Positions 26,691 to 37,026 of a stretch of DNA of 64,000 bases are shown here, piece after piece. The DNA lies in assembly GCA_015680685.1 (NCBI GenBank), contig MNCI01001420.1, positions 223,827 to 287,826 on the forward strand. The letters are read 5' to 3'. Each line of letters opens with the position of its first letter. The stretch's first letter is position 1. The position numbers were made by a program, and so were the translations under genes. The notes under the pieces are model-generated. The model did no database searches. It had not been told where the DNA came from and was given only the letters and a program-made list of their open reading frames with translations. Origin of the DNA: Gnetum montanum (Eukaryota > Plantae > Gnetophyta).

Positions 26691-27142
26691 AGGGACCACT
26701 TAATTTTTACCTACCCAGGATTACCCTCAATAGTTCAGAGCATAGTTGGGTGGGAGTGTAGTCATCAAAGTTAGAAAAATTTTGAATTTTTCTAGCTATC
26801 TTTAGACTTAGAAAAATTTTAATTTTTTTTTGTTGCCTAGTGGGCACCTAGGCCAATTTTTCTTTTTTAGTGTACCAAGCCTTGCCCCAATGATGCATTT
26901 AGCACATATCACAATCTGCTACGATGTTAAATTGGCATCTAATGGTCTACTAAGACCTTAAATTGGCAACCCCATGGCTTGTCGAGACCCAAAACCATCC
27001 CATGCATCTCTTGCCTTTAAAATTGCATATACATACTTAGGAAAAATTTCATCGCATTGTTTTCTTTAACTGTGCATATTGCTTTCATTAAGATGGATGT
27101 GGCTTGAGATTTTGCTAGTTGTTTTTGCAAAATTATTATAGG

Positions 27143-30100
27143 ATTCACAACATGTCTACGTATGAGCATCTTCAGTCATCATTAGTCCTCATTGGGCCAC
27201 ATGATGATCTTATGTGATGTCTTGATCGGCAATGCCTAGATCTTGAGGCCATAGCCTATGATGAATACATAACATCTGTAGAGGCACTGCTAGATTGGCT
27301 GGACCATCTAGTTAGGGCTCTAGATCTAGAGGTAGGTGATCTCACCAAGGATTCCCTCATTGAAGTCCCTATAACAACGCTTTGTGATGAGGCAAAAACA
27401 TTGAAACTTAGTTCTTTGTTAGAGCCTCAAAATGCCCAGAACATTGCAAAAGTGCTCAACAAAAACATCAAGGCATTTGCCTAGTCTTACGAAGACATGC
27501 CAGGCCTAGATCCTTGCGTAGTGCAACACAACATAATCCTTGATCCTTGCATAAAACTAGTTAAGTAGAAAGCTTGCAAGGTTAGGTGTGAGGTGGTGTT
27601 GGTAGTTTGTAATGAAATCACCAAGCTTTACAAAGCTAGTTTCATCGAAGTCATTGACTATGCAGACTGGGTCTCCAACATCATAGTTGTACCTAAAAAA
27701 ATGGAAGTATACGCATTTGCATAGACTTCCGGGACCTCAACAAGGTGACCATTGAAGACGATTTTTCATTACCTAATATTGATCAATTGGTCAATACTAT
27801 AGCTAGCCATGCCTTTTTGTCCTTCATGGATAGGTTCTTGAGGTATAAACAGATTTGGATCAATCTAGAGCACCAACTCAATACTACCTTCATGACCCCT
27901 TGGGATACATTTTGCTACATCATGATGCCCTTTAGGCTCAAGAATGCAAGAGCGACTTATTAATGAGCCATGATGTACATATTTAGCAATTACTTGTTAG
28001 GTCTACTTAATGATTATGTTGATGACATAGCAATTAAATCCAAGGCATCACAAAACCACGTAGATGACATAGACCTTGTGCTCAAACATTGCTTGAAGCA
28101 TGAACTTAGATTAAATCCTAAGAAATGTATCTTCGATGTCAAGATGGGTTGCATGCTAGGTTTCATAATATCCAAAGCAAGCATACACATAGACCTCGAT
28201 AAGGTTAAGACCATCATCAACTTAGCACCACTAGCCAACCTTAAGAAGCTATGAGGGTTACAAGGCAGATTGTAATTCATATGATGGTTTATCACATGGT
28301 TGATTGACAAGTTGTAGCTAATGCAACACTTGCTCAAAAAGGGAGTCCATTTTGAGTGGACAACTTAATGCCAAGAGATATGTGACAACCTTAAGTAGGA
28401 GTTGGCTCAACTTCCAACGGTCTACCCTCCACAAAGAGATAAACCATTCTACATCTATCTTGCTACCTCAGACACGTCCATGGCTTCTCTACTTTGTCAA
28501 AAGCAAGACGATGGTACAAAGGTCCTCGTGTACTACCTAAGTCATGCATTAGTTGCCTATGAAGCAAAGTATAACAATGTGAAAAAGACTCACCTTACCT
28601 TAGTCTTTTCTCTTAAGAAGTGGAGGCATTATCTTTTTCGTAGTCAAGTCAACATCATCTGCAAAAGCAATGTACTCTGAGCTATTACAACGAGTATTTA
28701 TGAGAGTAGTCACATTGTATGTTGGAAAGTAAGAATTGTGGAGTTTGACTTGTATTAAATTGCACAAGCATTAACCAAAGGTCAAGCAATAGTTGCACAA
28801 CTTATGGCTTCCCTAATCGATAATCAAACAACAATAGATCTAGAATTTCTGGATGAGGATGTCACTAGCATAAGCCAAGTGCTTGACAACTTTGAGGCAA
28901 TCTTACACTTTGATAGTGCTGTAACCTCTTAAGGGGGTAGTGTCACTACCGTAATCACATTTCCCTCTAGGGAGATCTAACCTTTCACATATTTTTTTGC
29001 ATTTTCATGCACTAACAACATGGTAGAGTATGAGGGTCTCCTCCAGGGTATCTTAGTAGCTTGTGACCTAGGAATATAGAACCTAGTGATCCCAGGTGAC
29101 TTACAACTAGTTGTCAACCAAGTTATGGATGTTCACGCTTGTAAAGCTTAACACTTAAAACCTTACTGTGACCTAGCAAAGCACCTGCTCAAGCAATTTG
29201 CAATTGCTGATGTTCAACATATCCCCTACAATGAAAACTCCATTATCGATGCATTAGCTACATTAGCCTTAAGAATTACACTTGCAATGTTTCACACATT
29301 TCCCACCATGGTGGCAAATTGCATAGTGCTTGTCATGCAAACAACTGACATTGCATCCATAGCCATAGTAAGCACGACTCACACAGTAGCGTGGTACGAA
29401 GACATCAAATCATATCTTCTACAGGGTGAACCTCCATAACATCTAACCACTACCTAAAAATATGCAATGTGAAATCCATGGCGAAAATACATCATTGTGG
29501 GAGATAACACATTTTCCTGCAGATCCTATGATGGCATATTGTTGACTTGCATCAATGACAGTGAAGCATAGATAATCGTTGAACAAGTCCATGAAGACTT
29601 TGCGGAGGCCACATAGCACCTAGGGCAATGGAGGGAAAGATCAGATGCTTAGGCTACTATTGGCCTTACATGGAGCATGATTATGTCTCCAGGGTCAAGA
29701 TGTGTGACACATGTCAATGGCATGGTACCTTAATGCACGTGTCACCCATCGAACTGCATACAACGTAGATCACATGGTTATTCCAACGTTGGGGGTTGGA
29801 CACTATAGGACAATAATGACTACATCCTCCGTAGGGCATAGCTTCATTATAACTGTCACTGAGTATTTTACGAAGTGGGTTGAGGTTATTCTCCTTAGGA
29901 AGACTACATCGTAGCAAGTTTGCAAATTCATACTTGATAGCATAATGACTCATTTTAGTTTACCCATGACCATAATCATAGACAACAGGCCATAGTTTAG
30001 CAGTGTTGAGACCAAAGCCTTTTGTAAACACTTTGATCCTTTTCATCGCCCTACTACCTATAGGAAAATGGCCAAGTGAAGGCCACAAATAAGGTCATCG

Positions 30101-30620
30101 TCAATCTTTTAAAGAAGATGTTCAATAGTAGCAAATGACGATGGCACGAATAGTTGATCTATGCACCTTGGGCCTACCACATGACATGTAGAATAACAAT
30201 GGGTAAGATGCCATACAGTTTGGTTTATGGATCTAAAGTGATCTTGCCTCTTGAATTGTAGGTCCCATCTCTTTATGTAATTCTCTTAAGCTTCATCGAT
30301 GAGGTTCAAAACGACGAGTTGAGGACCACCAACCTCAGCTTGATATAGGAGGAGTGCATGTAGATGCTTGGTCAAATTAAGTGGTACCAACAAACACAAT
30401 GGCAGAAACACTGTCACAATTAGCACTAGCACCTGATCAAGAAAGGGACCTAGTCCTCAAGGTTGTTTGCAAACCCGTAGATAAATTCTTAGCCAACTAG
30501 GAAGAGCCTTTCTTGGTCGTTAAGGCCTATGATAATGGTGCAGTCAAGCTTGCTAACCATGATGTCAATAAATTTCCTAACCCAATGAACTACTCATATC
30601 TGAAGCCATCCTACGCCTAG
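27143..30620 (+). pseudogene. pol: Degenerate pol: RT, RNase H, additional archaeal-type RNase H, integrase
   Basis: SYEDMPGLDP, YIMMPFRLKNARATY and YVDD (28015-28026) for RT. YIYLATSD and VYYLSHAL for RH. LHFDSA, CTNNMVEYEGL, GDLQLVVNQV and HIPYNENSIIDALA (28900-29270) for aRH. EYFTKWVEV, NGQVKATNK and N*EEPF for INT. Confidence 0.93.
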
Positions 30621-30663
30621 TACAAAAAGTTGCATCTTTATGAAGCAAGGAAAGCGAAAGTTC

Positions 30664-31100
30664 ACTATGACTATAAACTAGCACAGATAGTCTACTATGA
30701 CTATAAATTGGCATAGAGTGTCTGCTATGACTATAAAATAGCATAGATTAGTTTGCTATGACTATAAACTAGCACAACATGTCCACTATGACATTAAACT
30801 GGCACCCACATCCATAGTCTATTATGACTATAAACTGGCACAACAAGTCCCTTATCACTATAAACTGGCACAACAAGCCCCTTATGATGCTAAACTGACA
30901 TAACTTGTCCTTGGATCATGATGTTAAACTAGCACAACCTCCATCATTTGCTACAAAGTTAAACTGGCACTCAACAATATACTAGGACTATAAATTAGCA
31001 CATCATGGTTTGCCAGGACCTTAAACTAGGTTCATAGTCAACTAGGATCCTAAACTAGCATAGCATATGATCTACTAAGACCTTAAACTAGGTTCATAGT
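30664..31100 (+). repeat. 3' UTR array of a ~20-bp conserved unit CTATGACTATAAACTGGCAC separated by 10-17-bp variable spacers, about 14 units
   Basis: Directly visible, period ~30-37 bp, starting just after the integrase stop. Confidence 0.9.
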
Positions 31101-31863
31101 TTAACACACCTAGTTTTGCGGATAAGTGAACACAAATACTTCCAACTCTTTATCATTGGCCCACATCTCGTGGGCACAGCGGGGTACTACAGTTCCAGAA
31201 TGGAGTTCACATAATCAAGAGAGGCCTCTGGAACATTTGTAGCATTATTGCCTCTTGGCATTTTGTTGATCTTCTGGAGCTCTTGCCATGGTCACCAGCA
31301 GTACCAACCCCAGGTCGGATCGATAACATTACTGACCTTGGGTATTTCATTATTGGTTAGAGCTCTTATCATTAGCATAACCTGTTGGACTAGTGGTAGT
31401 ATCATGGCCCCTCCATTTTGCTATCATCCTCTAGCTTACACCATTGCTCAGGCTTGGGAGTGCTTGCAGCATCTTGGATCTCTACCATTTTGTTAGCAGA
31501 GCTGCAATTTCGCAACTGGTCTAACCCTAAATTTGCCTTGACTCTTTCATAAGCACTCTGATGAGAGTCATAATTTCAAGGGTAAGCCATTCTAGCACCA
31601 TGGACATTGGCCCTCTGACAAGCATTTCAACAAGAGATCATTATTTTGGTGACAATCCATCCTTGGTGCCACACTTTGCAGTATCACACTGTTTGCACTT
31701 CATTACCTTATTATCCCCTAGCACATTTCCTACCACCCTCAGGACTCTTGAGCATGGTGAAGTGACATCTGGTTGGATATTAACAAGTGATGTTGGTGCT
31801 AGGCATATCGTGGTGTTTTGTGTTCCTATCGATGCCTCTTGGGCCACTCCTCCAGACATTGAC

Positions 31864-31876
31864 AAAGAGGGACCAA
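31864..31876 (+). promoter_or_regulatory. Polypurine tract of the Tat element
   Basis: AAAGAGGGACCAA immediately before the 3' LTR. Confidence 0.7.
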
Positions 31877-33549
31877 TGAAACACCACCAAATTCGGGCTC
31901 CTAGGTCTTGACTGCAAATTTAGCTAAGTGTCAAAACTTAGCAAATTTTTTCTAAGTGTTGAGACCATGATCTCCACTGCTGGGACTACACTCCAGGGCA
32001 TAGTTGGCACAAATAGCTTAGATTTGCAAATTTTTCTAAGTGTCAATAGTGGTTGCAAAATTTTCTAAGTGTTTGACTATGCTCCCCCTAGCAAGACTAC
32101 GCTTTAGAGTGTAGTCAATCTAGTATGCACACTAGTGGCCAATTTTGCAAATTTTCCTAAGTGTCAAGGTAAAATTTATTAGGCTTGGTTGGCATGGAAG
32201 AAATAGTTTGGTAGATTTTCTAACTTCTAAGGCTACACTCCTTACTACGCTCCAGAGTGTAGTTAGCATAGTTCACATGAAGACATCAATTTTTGCTAGA
32301 TTTTTCTAAGTTTCTTGAATACCCTCTCACTGTTAGGACTACGCTCTAGAGCGTAGTCAGTGCTAGAGCATAGTTTTGAAAAATTTGCCTAACTCCTGGG
32401 ACTACGCTCCAGAGTGTAGTCATGTAGAATTGCCTTCGGAAGCCTCCAAAGTTTAGCACTAGCCTTCATCTTAGCTCCAACATTCCCTCAACAAGCAAGA
32501 TCAGAAATTTGCATTTCATTTGCATCCCCCCATATGCCCCCAAATTGTACCTATACTCAACACCACTTGAGAGAGTGGGCAGTAGAGTCCCAAAGTGTAG
32601 TCTCCAAAACTACACTATTTTGCATTATTTTCAAGTACATTGTGGTCTGTTCGGCACTCGCACATGTAGTCTTGGTAGCATAGTCATAGTCTGGTAGTCT
32701 CACAAGGTCCATTGGAGCACACCAGTAGAACATCATTTTACTTCATTGGGAGCATAGTTGGGGCTAGCATAGTCTGAACTATCCCTTTGCCACATGGTGC
32801 TCAATCTGTGACTCACACTAATCCTAGCCCTATAAATACCCCAGTGCTCCATGTTTTAGGGGTTGGCATTTTAGCATTTTGGTTGGCATTTTGAAGTGAT
32901 CACTTGGCACTTTTAGCACTTGAAAAACTTAGAGCACACTTAGCATTTCAGGTAGACACCATTGCACACCACCACAGCATTGTTGTACACTGCCCAACAC
33001 ATTGTACACCACTGTAGCTTGTAGGACACTATGACAGCCAACCTGACAAGCTTAGACTTTATGGTGGACATCATTTTGTCATAGCCAGACACCCTAAGAT
33101 TGTGACTATGTTGCCTAATGTGCTTGTTTGTACACTACGTACCTCTTACACTTTTCTTTGCAATTAACTATGCTCCCCTCATTTGGGGTGGTTCTGCTTT
33201 CTCTCTTGCTCACATTCTATGCATTTTCATATTTTCTTTTGCACTTTAACATCCTACTCACATTTTTTATTATTTAAGCACATATTTGCACGGGTTCACT
33301 CTCGTTTTTACACCTGAAACGTCTACTATGCTCACACCCATGGGCACCATGGACATCACAAAACACCATGTAAACCCTCTTAACACTTGCTTCATCATAG
33401 CACTCGTAAGTCCTAGTTCAATCGACAAGACCATGCTGGGCACCATGCCTCTATTCCCATCAAGCCCTTGTGTAGAAATATGGTTAAGGCTATGCGATCG
33501 CAAACCTCTAAGAGTCCCATTCCAGCCTCCAACATTTTTAGTTATTGCA
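31877..33549 (+). repeat. 3' LTR of the Tat element
   Basis: Direct repeat of 15420-17102, followed by TSD ATATT. Confidence 0.95.
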
Positions 33550-33554
33550 ATATT

Positions 33555-36500
33555 CAAAGGTGTTTTTACATAAAAGCCATAAAACAAGAGGGCACCTAGT
33601 GGCTAACCGTTAATTTTGATAGCAGCACAATGTGCGTGGAACCTATTGAGAACTTAGCATGCACTTATGTTACAGGCATGGATGAACTAGAGTAACTTCA
33701 TCACCAACTCTTTGATGAAAATAATGATACCAATCAGGGAGAGTTGGAGATCCCTGAGAATTTTAAATAAGAGCCCCTAGAGTTGAAAACTCTACATGTT
33801 GGTCTAGAATATGCATTCTTACAAAATGGCAAGTTAGTCGTACTCAATGCCAAACTTACTCCTGAATAGAAAGAAAAACTATTGAAAGTGGTCAAAAAAT
33901 GGCCAACAACTCTTGCTTGGTCATATCTTGAACTCACTAGAATTGATTCATGGAATGCTAGCATTGCATTTACACTGATCTGTCCATGAAGCCAAGGAGG
34001 CAACCACAACATCCTAAATTGAAGCAAATTATGAAAAAGAAGATTGAGCAATTCCTTAAGGTAGGGTTCATCTACCCCATTACAGATAGCGAGTGGGTTA
34101 GCCCACTTGTGATAGTGCCAACGAGAGGTGGCTCATGGTGGGTTTGTATCAACTTCAAGCTATTACACATGACAACATTCAAAGATCATTTTTCATTGTC
34201 ATTTACTAACCAAATGTTGGACACCATATCTAGGCATTGCTATTATAGTTTTTGGATGCTTATAGTGGCGATAACCAAATCTAGATTACACTAGAAGATC
34301 ATGCCAACATAACATTCACAAGTCCCTAGGGGACTTTGCATATCACAAGATGCCTTTTGGTTTGTGCAATGCTCTTGTCACTTTCCAACATCTAGTGTTA
34401 AGTATCTTTCAATAGTAAATAGGTAGCAGAATGGAAATCTTCATGGATGACTTCTCCACTTATGGCATTCCATTTGAGTAAGCCTTGGATTACCTTGAGC
34501 AAGTACTAAAAAGATGTGTAGAAATAAATCTGTGGCTCAATTAGAAAAAGAGCCATTTCATGATCCAAGAGGGCATTGTATTGGGGCACTAAATTTTGCA
34601 GAAAGGGATTGAGGTAGACCCCAAAAATATAAGGGCCATTGAAGGAATTACTTGTTAACTAGAAACTATCAAAGATGTTTGGTAATTCCTTAGACACACT
34701 TGTTGGTACTAGTGATTCATAGAGAATTTGTCTAAGATCGCAAAATCATTGGTCAAGTTGATAAAGAAAGATGCTCTCTTCATTTGGACTAAGGAATGTG
34801 AAAATGCATACTACAGCATCAAACAAAAGCTTGTATAGACTCTAATTCTATGAGCGCCTGATTGATCTAGACCATTCCATATCATGACAAATGCATCCAA
34901 CAACACCTTGGGAGATGTGCTTACACATTTGGATGATAAGAAACATCCATAATACATCCATTGTGCAAGTCAAACCATTGTGGGTGCACAACTGAATTAC
35001 ACTACCATGAAAAAAGAACTGACGATAGTGGTGTATGCTCTGGAAAAGTTTAGGCACTATGTGCTTCGATATAAAGTATTTGTGCATGGTAATCACAATG
35101 CCATCTGCTTTCTCATGAATAAGCCAATGGTGAGCCCCTGTGTTATATGGTGGCTAGTGATGTTGTAGGAATTTAATCTTACAATGGTAGATTGAAAGGG
35201 GACTAATAATGTGATCGTCAATCACTTGTCTTGGTTACGATGGGATAATAAAGAGGGGGAATGTCCATTATTTGATTTATTCCCTGATGAACTCCTCTTT
35301 TTTGATGTAATAAATGAAAAAACGCCTATAGAATTAAAATGGTATGATGGCATCCTCACTTATCTTCTCACTTAAGAGATGCCACAAGATCTGGACCATA
35401 GGAAGAAACAGTAGTTTCTTCATTGAGTTAAGCACTTCATGGAAATCAATGGACATCTTTACAAGATGTGTGCCAATGGTCTAATTTGTTGGTGGATACC
35501 TAATGTAGATCAATTACATGTTCTCTAGGATGCTCACAAAGGCCCTTGCAAAGGCCACTACATTGGGAGATGCATGATCATAAAAATCCTGATGGTAGGA
35601 TACTATTGGCCCATAATCTTTACAGATGCCCACCAATTTATTTGATCCTGTGAACACTGTCAACAAGATGGTGGGATGATTGCATAAATGGAGGATCCTC
35701 AATAGTGGATTCAGCCACTAGAACCCTATGACATATGAAGCATAGATTTCATGGGTTCCATCACATCCATGTCCATTGGAAAGGCATCTATAATTGTCAT
35801 CATTGACTATTATAGCAAATGAGTAGAAGTAGTAGCTATCATCAACTATACATCATCCACTATTACTCAATTTGTATAACAAAATGTTGTGAACAAGTTT
35901 CAAGTGCCATGTACATTGATTTCTGACAACAAAACCCATTTTATAGGTGCCACTTTTTAAAAACTCATGCAACGCTTGGGGGTTGAAGATAAATTAACAA
36001 CAACCTATCACCCCCAAGCCAACAGTTAAGCATAGGTGACTAATAGGGAGATCACAAAGATTCTAACAAGAACTATTAGCAAATATAGGAGAGACTGGAG
36101 CACAAAACTCAATGATGCCCTTTAAGCCTACCACTCAACATAGAAACTTCCTATTGGCTACTTTCCCTACGAGTTGGTGTATGGAAAAATTCCAATGCTT
36201 CTAATTCAATTCGAGCTCCATACACTCTCAATAGCTTGTGACCTGGATCTTGACCTAAGTCTGGAATAAAAAGAAAGATTGATCAACTTCAATGTGCTAA
36301 ACGAAAATATATTGGTAGCCCTTTCTTTGAATGAAGTGCATAAGACATTCAACAAACAATGCCATGATCTTAGAATACATAAAGTAAAATTTCAACTGGG
36401 AGATAAGGTTCTTTGTTAGAATCCCACACACGTACTTCAAAAAACCAAATTCCAAACATTGTGAAAAGGGCCTTATATAATTAATGAAACCTTTCATTCT

Positions 36501-36580
36501 AGGGCCATGATCATATACAAACCTGAAAGCCCAAATAAAAAGCAATTGGTGAACATCCAACAGCTAGAGCCTTTCCACTA
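33555..36580 (+). pseudogene. pol: Degenerate Athila pol (RT, RNase H, integrase)
   Basis: [33 protein letters not shown] (~34440), GAQLNYTTMKKEL, integrase HKGPCKGHY, ISDNKTHF, TTYHPQANS and KGPY. Confidence 0.92.
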
Positions 36581-37026
36581 GTGAAATTAAGCCAGTGTAA
36601 CAAATACCTCTACGGATGGGCAACCATGCTCAATTCTTTAGATCTTCTCCTTCGAACTCAGTTGTGGGGGAGATGGCCATCTATGCTAATCATATACTTG
36701 GCTTCTCAATTTTTCTATTTTTTGGTTTACACATTTTGGTCTTTGTAAATTATTTATTTAACACCTTTTTGACTTTAAAACTTCTTTCTATTTTACACCA
36801 TTTTTGTTTTACACCATCGTTAGTACATTTAAATCTTTCTTGAGTATTTACACTTTCTTAGATATTTTACTTTATTTTAGTGTGATTTTTAATTTTTGTT
36901 AATAAACATGCTTTGTGCCAATAAGATATAGTGGTACTGTAGCTATTACTAATGGTGGTTTGTGCTTAATGTTTTGTTTGTTAATTTCTGGTTTCTATTT
37001 CTAAATTTTTGTATCGATGGCTAAGT

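Larger units (their letters stand above)
15420..33549 (+). mobile_element. Full-length (18.1 kb) Ty3/gypsy Tat/Ogre-type LTR retrotransposon, decayed; TSD ATATT
   Basis: Paired ~1.68-kb LTRs, ATATT at 15415-15419 and 33550-33554, tRNA-Asn PBS, purine tract, and domain order gag-PR-[6.4 kb]-RT-RH-aRH-INT. Confidence 0.95.

Noticed and set aside
30664-31100. Repeat-spacer array superficially like a CRISPR array
   Set aside because: Repeats are degenerate, spacers are only 10-17 bp and partly related to each other, there are no cas genes, and it lies in a plant retrotransposon 3' UTR.
31150-31865. Possible second antisense ORF in the Tat 3' UTR (ORF 31641-31865 with KCKQC)
   Set aside because: Short, interrupted by stops, with no recognisable domain or splice pattern.
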